A stretch of 64,000 nt of DNA from Anaerolineales bacterium (lineage in GTDB: Bacteria > Chloroflexota > Anaerolineae > Anaerolineales > UBA4823), in contig JAYRNN010000015.1 in the NCBI GenBank assembly GCA_041912175.1, forward strand, positions 4,043 through 68,042, in the 5' to 3' direction. This document shows positions 7,663-17,220 of this stretch, in pieces. A model generated the notes under the pieces. The model searched no databases and was not told where the DNA came from. It was given only the letters and a program-made list of their open reading frames with translations. The stretch's first letter is position 1; every line of letters begins with the position of its first letter. The position numbers and the translations under genes were made by a program.

Positions 7663-8604
7663 ATGACGAACATGAAAGCAGTAACGATCCACACATATGG
7701 CGGCCCCGACGTCCTCGCCTATGAAGACAGGCCACGCCCAATTCCCGGAGAAGGCGAAGTGCTGATCCGGGTGCATGCCACATCGATTAACCCCTTTGAT
7801 CTTGCAGTGCGATCAGGTTATATGAACGGCTATTTTAGCTATAGCTTGCCTTTGATCCTGGGGACGGACATATCAGGGACGATCGAAGAGATTGGTCCAG
7901 GCGTGACGGGCTTTGCGCGCGGCGACGAGGTTTATACCCGGGCCGGCGTGTTCCGTGATGGCGCATATGCAGAATATGCCCTGGCAGCCGCCACGGACTT
8001 GGCGGCCAAACCAAAGTCCCTCGACCATGTTCATTCCGCTGCCATTCCTCACGTAGCGCTGACCGCCTGGCAGGCGCTTTTTGGAGCAGCCAACCTCAGC
8101 CAGGGACAAACCGTGCTCGTCCACGCGGCAGCTGGCGGAACCGGGCACATGGCGGTGCAGCTCGCTCACTGGCGGGGAGCAAAAGTGATCGGCACAGCAT
8201 CCAAAAATATCGACCTCTTGAAAGACCTCGGTGTGGAAGAGGTGATTAATTATGCCACTACCCCCTTCGAAAGCGTCGTACATGGGGTGGACGTTGTATT
8301 CGACACGATCGGCGGCGATACCCAACAGCGCTCGTGGTCCGTGCTGAAACCGGGCGGGATACTGGTTTCGATCGTCCAGCCGCCATCCGAAGAAATGGCG
8401 GCCGCGCACGGTGTGCGCCAGCAAATGATCGCTACATCGCCTCCCATTCGCGAGACTTTGACCGAGGTAGCCCGGTTGGTGGATGGTGGGCAGATCAAAC
8501 CGGTGGTTTCGATGGTTCTCCCCCTCCAAGAGGTCCGCAAGGCACATGAGTTGGTTGGAGCAGGCCACGCACGCGGCAAGATTGTTATCCAGGTGAAGCA
8601 GTAA
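7663..8604 (+). CDS. Medium-chain dehydrogenase/reductase, NADPH:quinone oxidoreductase-like
   Basis: MTNMKAVTIHTYGGPDVLAYED, then the Rossmann motif VLVHAAAGGTGHMAVQLA, then the C-terminal GKIVI. The start was moved to ATG 7663 behind GGAGA; the track start is a TTG. Confidence 0.85.
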   Translation: MTNMKAVTIHTYGGPDVLAYEDRPRPIPGEGEVLIRVHATSINPFDLAVRSGYMNGYFSYSLPLILGTDISGTIEEIGPGVTGFARGDEVYTRAGVFRDGAYAEYALAAATDLAAKPKSLDHVHSAAIPHVALTAWQALFGAANLSQGQTVLVHAAAGGTGHMAVQLAHWRGAKVIGTASKNIDLLKDLGVEEVINYATTPFESVVHGVDVVFDTIGGDTQQRSWSVLKPGGILVSIVQPPSEEMAAAHGVRQQMIATSPPIRETLTEVARLVDGGQIKPVVSMVLPLQEVRKAHELVGAGHARGKIVIQVKQ

Positions 8605-8622
8605 AGGTAGATTGATTGGATG

Positions 8623-8668
8623 AAAATAGGGGCTGTCTAGAAAGCACAGCTGGACAGCCCCCTATTTT
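8623..8668. terminator. Bidirectional terminator hairpin between convergent genes
   Basis: AAAATAGGGGCTGTC-N15-GACAGCCCCCTATTTT. The GC stem has complementary A/T-rich flanks on both sides. Confidence 0.7.
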
Positions 8669-8688
8669 GGGGGGGAACCGCTGGTTTC

Positions 8689-10386
8689 TTAGGGTATTCC
8701 ATTTGAGAATATATGTTGCAAGATCGCCATGCTGGTGGCATACGTGGCGTCCATTCCATAATAGGACAGGCTGCCGGCGCCCAGATTGCGGCCTTTACTC
8801 AATGGGGCATCGGATGCATAGTGGAGGATGCCCAGGTCGAAGGGTAAGCCATACAGGTTGATAATTTCGTTCACCGGATGGCGGGTTGGGCGAAACATTT
8901 CGAAGATCGCCGACAGGTACGGGCCGGCTTCCATTTCGATGTCGGTATAACCTTCGCGATAAAACACATCCATATAGCGCGTGGTCTGTAAGAAGGTGCC
9001 CTTGACGGTTAATGTTTTCTGATTGTCCAGCACAGTCCCATAGTTAATATACGGAATCACATCTGCGGAACTGAAGCAGTTATGGAACAGGTATGTGTTT
9101 TGAGAATGCTCATCGTGCGCCACGCCGGGGATCATTACGTCGCCCACCACGGCGTTCAACGAGGCGGCTTTACCCATCATATATACACCCAGGACCCGTC
9201 CAACGTGCTCGGAGACCTCCGTCAAGATGTTATACGCCGCCAACCCCAACGGGTAATCAATATTCAAGATCAAGGCCTGGTTATCGGCCAGCGAGGCGCG
9301 CTTCAGGACATGTTGCAGGCGCGGGTCGATAAACTCCGGGTTCAATCGGCTGAGCTCAATCACCTGAGCTTCGACGTCGAACGATTGCGGGCTGGGGATG
9401 CGCGTGATCCCGAGCTGGCGCTCCTCATCGCGCTGGCATTCCGCCAGCTTCCCGCCTGCCTTGGTGGAGAGAAATTTCTTTTGGACGTAATATAAAAAGT
9501 TTTCCATGCTGGAGGTAGCCCTACCAGCCTGGATATCCTGCCATTCGTTTAATAGCCCTGAATTACTCGGTTGGTGTAAGAAACGGACAAGCTGGTCGGT
9601 ATGTCGTAGTGCAAAGCCAGATAAAATATTGACCAGACTGTGCGTATTGCTGGATACGAAATATACCGGCCGGTGGGTTATATCTGGGACGATGGATTCG
9701 ATATGGTTCCACCAGGTGTGTGTGGCGCGCCGGTATTCACTAAGAGAGCCGCTCAATAATTGCACGCGCAAATTCAGCGGCGCGGCGGCAATACGTTCAA
9801 GATTGCGGCCAAATTCGTCGCCCCAGATCGCGTAAAGCCGTTCGATATCATCCGCTGGCGTTTCTAAGATTTCATCCAGCTCCGTATATTCCTGAAGGTT
9901 TTCGGCGATGTTCTCCAGAGCGGTCGCCGGCGGCAGGCGGCCTAAAAGCTGGTGTAGTTTGTTCCACTCGATTTGGAAGGCGGTCAGGAGAGGGATCAGA
10001 TCGTCGATATCTGAACGGCTGGCGATGATACAGGCCAGCGCCCCCGTACCATCGTAAAAGCAGCGTCGCCGGCGAGCAGACGCGGATACCTCCTCCCAGG
10101 CGCTGATATCGCCAAGCCCGGCCCGCGCAAATACATCGGGGCTTTGTCCCATAATCACCAAATCTACGTACAGCATGCATCTCGGCAGACGAAGCAGGCT
10201 GTAAATGAATGCAGCCATGTCCGGCTGCGGCTGGCGGGCGCCGGGGTGCAGCAGCGACTTCATCCCGGCGTGTACTTCTTCCAAGGTACGGATGCGGACT
10301 TCGGTGCTGGAGCGCAGCAAGGAATAATAGGTGCGTGTGTAAAGCTCGATCTCTTCCGATTCGGTGGTAGGTACAGTTCTTTCCAT
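8689..10386 (-). CDS. Protein of unknown function: about 350-aa N-terminal region plus a C-terminal nucleoside phosphorylase/nucleosidase-like (PNP_UDP_1-type) domain
   Basis: 565 aa from MERTVPTT (ATG 10386). The C-terminal 200 aa (LILNIDYPLGLAAYNI...MGKAASL...GYTDIEMEAGPY...) resemble the phosphorylase superfamily, including the EMEA-type motif. I recognise no motif in the N-terminal part. Confidence 0.55.
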   Translation of the reverse strand: MERTVPTTESEEIELYTRTYYSLLRSSTEVRIRTLEEVHAGMKSLLHPGARQPQPDMAAFIYSLLRLPRCMLYVDLVIMGQSPDVFARAGLGDISAWEEVSASARRRRCFYDGTGALACIIASRSDIDDLIPLLTAFQIEWNKLHQLLGRLPPATALENIAENLQEYTELDEILETPADDIERLYAIWGDEFGRNLERIAAAPLNLRVQLLSGSLSEYRRATHTWWNHIESIVPDITHRPVYFVSSNTHSLVNILSGFALRHTDQLVRFLHQPSNSGLLNEWQDIQAGRATSSMENFLYYVQKKFLSTKAGGKLAECQRDEERQLGITRIPSPQSFDVEAQVIELSRLNPEFIDPRLQHVLKRASLADNQALILNIDYPLGLAAYNILTEVSEHVGRVLGVYMMGKAASLNAVVGDVMIPGVAHDEHSQNTYLFHNCFSSADVIPYINYGTVLDNQKTLTVKGTFLQTTRYMDVFYREGYTDIEMEAGPYLSAIFEMFRPTRHPVNEIINLYGLPFDLGILHYASDAPLSKGRNLGAGSLSYYGMDATYATSMAILQHIFSNGIP

Positions 10387-10398
10387 AAATTTTCCGCA

Positions 10399-10444
10399 TT
10401 TTATGGGGCTGTCCAAATGCTTTTTTTGGACAGCCCCATAAAAT
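10399..10444 (-). terminator. Terminator hairpin after the FAD::FeS gene, same core as 8623-8668
   Basis: TTTTATGGGGCTGTCCAAA-N8-TTTGGACAGCCCCATAAAA. It lies in the 63-nt gap between stop 10450 and start 10386. Confidence 0.65.
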
Positions 10445-10449
10445 AACAC

Positions 10450-11892
10450 CTAGCTTGTCGATTGGGCGGCCTGTTCGATGGCTTGTACAATCTTGTAATA
10501 GCCCGTACAGCGACACAGGTTGCCTGTGATGGCCTGTTGGATTTGATTATGAGTAGGATGCGGGCGCTCCTCCAATAACTTGACTGCAGACATGATAAAA
10601 CCCGGCGTGCAGTAACCGCATTGCACTGCCCCCTGGTCAATAAAAGCCTGCTGGACAGGGTGCAAATGGCCGTTTTGCGCCAGGCCCTCAATGGTCGTGA
10701 TCCGCGCCCCATGGGCGCGCCCTGCGGGAGCCAGGCAGCTCATCACCGCCGCCCCATCCAGAAAAACGGTGCAAGCGCCACACTCGCCCTCGGCGCAACC
10801 TTCTTTAACGCCAATCAGGCCGGCGTCTTCACGCAACAAGCGCAATAGGGTCTTTTCCTGGCCGCCAGTAAAAGTGTATTCTTTGCCGTTGATATTGGTG
10901 ACGATCGGCATACCCGGCGAGTATGAAGGTTTGCTTTCGTGGGAGACAGAAACCGCCGGGTCGGCATCACCCCATAGCATGACCGGCTGGCTGGGGAAGT
11001 TGGCCCGGTCTTCGCCGTTTGCAAGCCTATGCAGACCGCGCGCCACACAAACGCGCACCATTTCGTGGCGGTATTCAGCAGAGCTACGTACATCGCCGAT
11101 GGGCTGCGCGGCATGGATGGCCAGTTCTGCTGCGTGGGCGATGGTTGTGGATTCCAGCCGGCGTCCTTTTAGATAAATCTCGGCTTCGCGGGCGTGGACG
11201 ATGGTGGGCGCCACTGCACCCAGGGTGATCACGGCCTGCTCAACGGTTGGGGCGGCTCCCTGGCCTGGTTTATCTCCCGTCAGGCTCAAAATGATGGCCG
11301 CATTGACTAGAGAAATAGCCTGGGCGCGGCGCAGCCCTAATTTGATAAATACACCTCGCTGGTAAGCCTTCAAAGCCGGGAAAGAAATATCCACCATAAT
11401 TTCATCCGGATTCATCATGGTGCGACGCACTCCCGTATAGAAACTGGACAGCGGCAGCAGCCGTTCGCCGCGTGGCGAGAGCAACTTAACGCGCGCGTTG
11501 AGCGCCATCAGCGGGGTGATGGTATCGTTGGCCGGCGAGGCGGTGATCAGATTGCCTGCCACAGTGCCGCGGTTTCGGATCTGGGGTGCGCCCACCTCCC
11601 AGGCGGCTTGCGCCAACGGGAAACCAAATTCGACTACCAGTTTTGAATCAACACACTGGTTATGCGTCACCAGTGGGCCGAGATGGATCACGCCATGCTC
11701 GTCCATGATGATCTGGTCCAGGTCAGGAATGCGGGAAATATCTACCAGTGTATCGATGCCCTTGCGGACGCCGCGCTCTAGCTCCAGGATTAAATCGGTT
11801 GCTCCGGCCACGATGCGCGCCTCTTCGCCGCGCTCGGCCAGGATTTGTAAAGCTTGATCAAGACTGGTTACATTGAAGTAGTCATGCCACAT
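10450..11892 (-). CDS. Xanthine-dehydrogenase-family fusion: N-terminal FAD-binding (CoxM-like) module plus C-terminal two-[2Fe-2S] (CoxS-like) module
   Basis: 480 aa. The N-terminus is MWHDYFNVTSLDQALQIL...IVAGATDLILELE. The C-terminus carries GCAEGECGACTVFLDG, CGYCTPGFIMS and LCRCTGYYKIV. A linker of about 40 aa joins the two modules. Confidence 0.85.
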   Translation of the reverse strand: MWHDYFNVTSLDQALQILAERGEEARIVAGATDLILELERGVRKGIDTLVDISRIPDLDQIIMDEHGVIHLGPLVTHNQCVDSKLVVEFGFPLAQAAWEVGAPQIRNRGTVAGNLITASPANDTITPLMALNARVKLLSPRGERLLPLSSFYTGVRRTMMNPDEIMVDISFPALKAYQRGVFIKLGLRRAQAISLVNAAIILSLTGDKPGQGAAPTVEQAVITLGAVAPTIVHAREAEIYLKGRRLESTTIAHAAELAIHAAQPIGDVRSSAEYRHEMVRVCVARGLHRLANGEDRANFPSQPVMLWGDADPAVSVSHESKPSYSPGMPIVTNINGKEYTFTGGQEKTLLRLLREDAGLIGVKEGCAEGECGACTVFLDGAAVMSCLAPAGRAHGARITTIEGLAQNGHLHPVQQAFIDQGAVQCGYCTPGFIMSAVKLLEERPHPTHNQIQQAITGNLCRCTGYYKIVQAIEQAAQSTS

Positions 11893-11909
11893 ACATCACT
11901 CCATTGCCC

Positions 11910-12707
11910 TTAAAATTTTGACCGCATGGGCCGTCCATCGCCTTGGTTGCGGACCATCATGATTTCTGCCAGGATGCTGACTGCAATTTCTTCGGGCGTT
12001 TCAGCGTTCAGTTCAAGCCCAATCGGAGAATGGACGCGTTTCAACTTTTCTTCTGGGACGCCGTTTTCCAACATTTGCTTTCGGGCTACAGACCAACGGC
12101 GCTGTGAACCGATCACTCCAATATAGACAGCCGGAGCATCCAGCAGCGCTGGCAGCCCCTGTACATCGATATTCGATCCGCGTGTGGTAAGCACCAGGTA
12201 GGTCCAGGGTGTGATTTCAAGCTGTGTGGGCAGCTCAGCCATTGGACAGACGAGATAGACATCTGCACCGGGAGTGTTCTGCGGGGTCATGAAATCTGGC
12301 CGGTCATCGCAAGCGACCACGTGGAAGCCAAGCCATTTGGCCAGGAATACGACCGCCTTGCCGACGTGCCCGCTGCCGATTACTACCAGGGTTGGTTTTG
12401 GGAGAACCGGTTCCACATACACCTCCAATTGGCCACCGCACACGCCCGGGTCGCCGCGGCCTGGATCGACCATCGAATATTCAATCAAGCGTGGCCGGCC
12501 ATCTGTTATCGCCTGCAACGCCTCTCTAATCACGCGATTCTCCATTTCGCCGCCGCCGATTGTACCGACCAGGCTGCCATCGGGATAAACCAACATTTTG
12601 CTCCCCGTATGGCGCGGCGTGGAACCCTGGCTGCGTACAACCGTGCATAAAACCCCGGCCCGGTTGGCAGTCTCTAACTCAGCTAAAGCCTGAAAAACCG
12701 TTTTCAT
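11910..12707 (-). CDS. XdhC/CoxI-family molybdenum-cofactor insertion chaperone
   Basis: 265 aa. It has the N-terminal VLCTVVRSQGSTPRHTGSKMLVYPDGSLVGTIGGG and the Rossmann-like LVVIGSGHVGKAV. Confidence 0.85.
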   Translation of the reverse strand: MKTVFQALAELETANRAGVLCTVVRSQGSTPRHTGSKMLVYPDGSLVGTIGGGEMENRVIREALQAITDGRPRLIEYSMVDPGRGDPGVCGGQLEVYVEPVLPKPTLVVIGSGHVGKAVVFLAKWLGFHVVACDDRPDFMTPQNTPGADVYLVCPMAELPTQLEITPWTYLVLTTRGSNIDVQGLPALLDAPAVYIGVIGSQRRWSVARKQMLENGVPEEKLKRVHSPIGLELNAETPEEIAVSILAEIMMVRNQGDGRPMRSKF

Positions 12708-12738
12708 GAAAGCAATACTCCCTGGTTAGCAAAAATCA

Positions 12739-14085
12739 TTAACCGGTTAACAAACCTAAGATGACCGGCAGAAGCTGTTTCTTACGCGAGACCACGCCTT
12801 CAGCCAGGCGCGTTCCGTCCGGCTGCCTGGGGTAAGGTAATTCGGCCAAAACTGGCGGTTCGTTCACAAACAATAGCCGGCTGGTGTTGTCGACCACATC
12901 GGTGACCATCAGCAGTGCAAAATCCAATTTGCGTTGGTTGCGTAATTCATCCAGAGCCATACACAAGTCTTCGAGATGGTCATGAAGTTGCAAAAGATTA
13001 GTTACTTCGACCTGGGAGGCGGCAAAGTTGAGACCGCCGGCTTCATATACTTTCAAATCGCTGTTGACAATCTCGGCTGGAGGGCGTGTTTCCAGACCCG
13101 CGCCTGAGCGTAAAACTTGCTGGCCAAAGGTTTGCAGCGTCTCGCCCGGCAGAGGGCCGTTTTTGATAAAAGCCCAGCGCGCCAGGCGTTCGGCTGCTCG
13201 CCGGTCGCGTGGGGTGGTGGTGGGCGAGGTCAGGATCAGCGTATCTGCCAGCATGCCTGCCAGCAGCATCCCCGCGATGGGTGGGGGGGCGCTTAATCCG
13301 GCGTCTTCGATGCGTTCGGTAACCAGAGTGCTGGTGCTGCCTACGATATCGACCGTAAAACGGATCGGGCTATGGGTGGAGATATTTCCCAACCGGTGAT
13401 GATCGAGTATCTCGAGCAGCTCGGCCTCTTCTAATGATCCAAGCGCCTGACCAGGCTCGTTGTGGTCCACCAGCACCAGTTTGAGTCGCGGGGGGTTCAA
13501 TACATCTCTTTGGCGCGCCACGCCCACGTAGTGGCCTTTATCATCCACAATAAGGAAGTCGTTGTGTTCCTGGCGATGAATCAGGCTGAGTAACTCGCGA
13601 ATACGGGTAGAGGCGCTGAAGCGCGGTACACCGGTATCCATAGCTTCCCGACAGGGCGCTTCCAAAATTTCGGCGATGCGCATATCCTGGTATTGGATAT
13701 TTGGGCCGATAATTTTGCCCAAAAAGTTGAACAGACTTAAACCAGAGATCAGCCCCAACGGAGCGCCTTCTTCCGGGTCAACCACTGCCGCCACCCCACC
13801 GGTGCGATTGACGATCGCCCACGCTTCACTCAACTGGCTCTCCGGAGCAACAGTGTCGAGCCGTCGGGCGACGGATTCAAAACGCGGCGAAGCGTCGTTA
13901 AGTAACAATGGCGGCTCAAGCCCCAGGCGCTTTAGCACCCAGGTGGTTTGTGGGTTCGTCGCGCCGGCGCGCGCCGCAATCGCATCCAGGCCGTTATGCT
14001 CGCGCAACAACCAGGCATAACCAATCGCCGCCGCGATCGAGTCTGTATCCGGGTTCACATGACCGATCACATAAACTCTATCCAT
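12739..14085 (-). CDS. CBS-domain-containing family II (DHH/DHHA2) inorganic pyrophosphatase
   Basis: 448 aa. It has IGHVNPDTDS, VLVDHNE, ILDHHRLGN and the C-terminal GVVSRKKQLLPVI, all close to Bacillus PpaC motifs. An inserted region of about 120 aa sits between DHH motifs, as in CBS-PPases. Confidence 0.8.
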   Translation of the reverse strand: MDRVYVIGHVNPDTDSIAAAIGYAWLLREHNGLDAIAARAGATNPQTTWVLKRLGLEPPLLLNDASPRFESVARRLDTVAPESQLSEAWAIVNRTGGVAAVVDPEEGAPLGLISGLSLFNFLGKIIGPNIQYQDMRIAEILEAPCREAMDTGVPRFSASTRIRELLSLIHRQEHNDFLIVDDKGHYVGVARQRDVLNPPRLKLVLVDHNEPGQALGSLEEAELLEILDHHRLGNISTHSPIRFTVDIVGSTSTLVTERIEDAGLSAPPPIAGMLLAGMLADTLILTSPTTTPRDRRAAERLARWAFIKNGPLPGETLQTFGQQVLRSGAGLETRPPAEIVNSDLKVYEAGGLNFAASQVEVTNLLQLHDHLEDLCMALDELRNQRKLDFALLMVTDVVDNTSRLLFVNEPPVLAELPYPRQPDGTRLAEGVVSRKKQLLPVILGLLTG

Positions 14086-14160
14086 AGCCCATCCTTATCG
14101 TAATGCACGGGGATCTTGGTATCATTGAGCGTTACACGTTCGACAAATCCAGTATCCGGT

Positions 14161-17100
14161 CTACTTTTTTATCGCTCGCCACACTTTTTCCGGCGTGATT
14201 GGGATCTCATCGATTTGCGCGCCGCAGGCATCCAGGATGGCATTGCCTACCGCTGGCGCGACGCCATCCATAGGGATCTCGGCTACGGCTTTGACGCCAA
14301 AAGGATGGGACGGCTCGAAAGTCTCGACAAAGATCGTTTCAAGCTCGGGCATCTCGTGCGCCTGGAAAATATGGTAGTCACGTAGGTTGCGCTCGCGTGC
14401 CCGTCCCATCTCATCATACCGCATTTCCTCGCAAACCGCATAGCCCAGGGCCTGGGTCATCCCACCTTCTATCTGACCGGAGGCGGTGACGGGGTTAACG
14501 ATCACACCCGCATCGACTGCCATAACCAGCCTGTCTACTGTAGCCTGACCGGTCTGGATATCAACGGTGACCTCGGCGAATTGAGCGGCGAAGGGCGGCG
14601 GCGACACCGGCGACTTATAGGAAGCTACCGCCATAATCTGTTCCTGGTCTGCATGGTGCAGAGCATCGTGGGCGATGGCAGCCAGGCTCACCGAACGACC
14701 ATCCGGCGTGGTGGCGTTTCGTTCCTTCAGGCGGATGTCTGAGGGTTGAACTTCGAAGGTTTCATCTTTCAGGTTCATCATATTGGCCGCCCGGATTTTG
14801 ATGCGCTCAGCGACTTTTTCGGCGGCCTGTACAACTGCCGTTCCTGAGATATAGGTCGTGCTGGAAGCATAGGCGCCCTTATCGAAGGGGGTGAAATCGG
14901 TATCAGAGGAGTAGGTAATGATATCCTCGATCGGCGTGCCCAGGATTTCGGCGGCCATTTGCGCCAGGACCGTATCTGAACCGGTGCCCAGGTCAGTAGC
15001 GCCGATCAGAAGGTTAAATGAGCCATCATCGTTCATCTTAATGCTGGCGCCGCCCATATCGAGGTAAGGGATGGCCGTACCCTGCATCACCATAGCCACG
15101 CCGATCCCTTTATGCAGGTGCGGCTTTCCGGGATGCTGACGCCATTCTGGATTGCCGTATTTCTGATCCCAGCCGATGGCAGCCTTGCCCTGGCGGACGC
15201 ATTCTTCCAATCCGCAGGTTTCGATGGTTTCCGGGCGCGGTTCGCGGCCTTCACTCCAGGCGGTGCTGAATGGGTGCAGCTCGCCGGCGCGCAAAGCATT
15301 CTTAAGGCGAAATTCTAGCGCATCCAGGCCCAACTGGCGCGCAATTTTCTCCATATGGCGCTCCAGCGGCCAGTAGCCTTGGGGGACGCCGTAACCCCGG
15401 TAGGCGCCGGCGGGTGGGTGATTGGTATAAACTACGTCGGCATAGAAACGGATGTTGGGAGACATACGGTAAGGCCCGTCGCCAACGTAGAGCGCCATGG
15501 CTTTATGCCCGGTGTTGCCTGTGACGGTCAGGGCGTGGCAACCGTAGGCGCCAGTGTCGCTCAGGGCGTACATGGCGTTGGCGGTCAGTGTTCCGTCTCG
15601 CTTGACGCCGGTTTTCAGGCGCACGCGCATCGGGTGGCGCGAACGCGCGGCAATAAATTCTTCCTCGCGCGTCGTTTCATAAATAACCGGCCGGCCGGTC
15701 GCAATCGTGAGATGCGCAGCGACGTCTTCCACCAGGATCTCCTGTTTGCCGCCAAAACCGCCGCCAATGCGCGGCTTGATCACGCGGATACGCTTGACCG
15801 GTAGACCCAGCACCGGCGCCAGGACGCGGCGGGCGTGGAAAGGCACCTGGGTGCTGGTTCGGATGACCAGGCGGTCATCTTCATCCCAATAGGTGATGAC
15901 GACGTGCGGTTCGATGTGCGCCTGCTGAACTTTAGGGACCTCGTATTCATCTTCGAAGATGAAATCTGCCTCGGCAAAGCCTTTTTCCACATCTCCGATA
16001 TCAATGCGGATCTCGGCGGCCAGGTTTTTGTCAGGGTCAGAGTCGGCAAAATTGACATATTCGATCTCATCATGCAAGCGTACCGCACCTGGCTGCATGG
16101 CCAGTCCTGGATCGAGGATGGCCGGCAGGATCTCATATTCCACATCGATCAGCTCCAAAGCCCGGCTGGCGATCTCTTCTGTTTCAGCAGCTACGAAAGC
16201 AACCCGATCGCCCACAAAGCGCACTTTATGATCCAATGAAAATGAATCCAACGGACCCGGGATGGGATCGGATTGCCCGGCGGTCGAATACACCACGCGC
16301 GGGATATCCTGCCAGGTGAGCACGGCGGCCACTCCAGGTAACTGACGCGCCTGGCTGGCATCGATGCGGACAATCCGGGCGTGGGCATATGGGCTGTGCA
16401 ATACTTTGGCCACCAGCAGGCCGCGTTTTTCGAAGTCGGCGGTAAAGGCGGGTTTTCCTTGTACCAGCTTTATCGCATCTACTTTGATTTCTGGTTTGCC
16501 CACGCGCTGCCAGGGTTGCACCCCGCCGTGCTGGGGCGTCTGCAGGACTTTCGGCAGCGTAGGACGGCGAGTAGCTACCTGGGTTGGCGAGGCCGCGCTA
16601 GAGATTGTTTCGCCGAACTCGCCTCCAACGACAGGCGCCTCCGGGCTTCCCGGCGGGGAGAAGATTACTTCACCAAGGTCGCTTGCAAGGCCAGGTCCCT
16701 CGTCTGAACCATACGCTTCGCCGCGCAACACTGCCGCGGCCTGTAAAACGGCCTGGACGGGTTTCAGATAACCGGTACAACGGCACAGTACCCCCGAGAG
16801 CGCCTGGCGCACCTCAGTCTCGCTGGGGTGCGGGTTATGCGCCAATAGCTGGCAGGCAGCCAGGATCTGGGCCGGAGTGCAGTAGCCGCATTGGATGGCT
16901 CCGCTTTCGACGAAGGCAGTTTGCAAAGGGTGTAGCCCGGCCGTGGTCTTCCAACCTTGTTCCGGGTGTTCGCCCAGGGCCTCGATCGTTTCGAGACTAT
17001 GCCCGTCGGCCTGAGCGGCCAACATCATGCACGAGTCCACCAGGCGCCCATCCATGAGCACCGCACAAGCCCCGCATTCGCCGCTCTCGCAGCCGTGCTT

Positions 17101-17202
17101 AACGCCAAAATAACCGGCCGAACGCAGGACATTGAGCAAGCTGGCTCCTGGAGCAGCCTCAAACTCTTGCCACTGGTGATTGATTTGAAAGTTAAGCCTC
17201 AT
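14161..17202 (-). CDS. Xanthine-dehydrogenase-family fusion: N-terminal two-[2Fe-2S] module plus molybdopterin-binding (CoxL/XdhA-like) catalytic module
   Basis: 1013 aa. The FeS module carries GCESGECGACAVLMDG, CGYCTPAQILA and LCRCTGYLKPV. The Mo domains carry RIGGGFGGKQE and AVAEIPMDGVAPAVGNAI. Confidence 0.88.
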   Translation of the reverse strand: MRLNFQINHQWQEFEAAPGASLLNVLRSAGYFGVKHGCESGECGACAVLMDGRLVDSCMMLAAQADGHSLETIEALGEHPEQGWKTTAGLHPLQTAFVESGAIQCGYCTPAQILAACQLLAHNPHPSETEVRQALSGVLCRCTGYLKPVQAVLQAAAVLRGEAYGSDEGPGLASDLGEVIFSPPGSPEAPVVGGEFGETISSAASPTQVATRRPTLPKVLQTPQHGGVQPWQRVGKPEIKVDAIKLVQGKPAFTADFEKRGLLVAKVLHSPYAHARIVRIDASQARQLPGVAAVLTWQDIPRVVYSTAGQSDPIPGPLDSFSLDHKVRFVGDRVAFVAAETEEIASRALELIDVEYEILPAILDPGLAMQPGAVRLHDEIEYVNFADSDPDKNLAAEIRIDIGDVEKGFAEADFIFEDEYEVPKVQQAHIEPHVVITYWDEDDRLVIRTSTQVPFHARRVLAPVLGLPVKRIRVIKPRIGGGFGGKQEILVEDVAAHLTIATGRPVIYETTREEEFIAARSRHPMRVRLKTGVKRDGTLTANAMYALSDTGAYGCHALTVTGNTGHKAMALYVGDGPYRMSPNIRFYADVVYTNHPPAGAYRGYGVPQGYWPLERHMEKIARQLGLDALEFRLKNALRAGELHPFSTAWSEGREPRPETIETCGLEECVRQGKAAIGWDQKYGNPEWRQHPGKPHLHKGIGVAMVMQGTAIPYLDMGGASIKMNDDGSFNLLIGATDLGTGSDTVLAQMAAEILGTPIEDIITYSSDTDFTPFDKGAYASSTTYISGTAVVQAAEKVAERIKIRAANMMNLKDETFEVQPSDIRLKERNATTPDGRSVSLAAIAHDALHHADQEQIMAVASYKSPVSPPPFAAQFAEVTVDIQTGQATVDRLVMAVDAGVIVNPVTASGQIEGGMTQALGYAVCEEMRYDEMGRARERNLRDYHIFQAHEMPELETIFVETFEPSHPFGVKAVAEIPMDGVAPAVGNAILDACGAQIDEIPITPEKVWRAIKK

Positions 17203-17220
17203 TCACAACTCCTTGCAACG

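Noticed and set aside
7873-8568. 231-aa antisense ORF inside the quinone-oxidoreductase gene. Similar long shadow ORFs occur at 22142-22759, 28922-29539, 35362-36069, 36035-36613, 48380-49003, 48651-49220, 52606-53187 and 60559-61074.
   Set aside because: All lie fully inside well-supported genes on the other strand or in another frame. Their compositions are Arg/Pro/Gly/Ala-rich and low-complexity, typical of GC-rich shadow frames. None shows a motif or ribosome-binding site.
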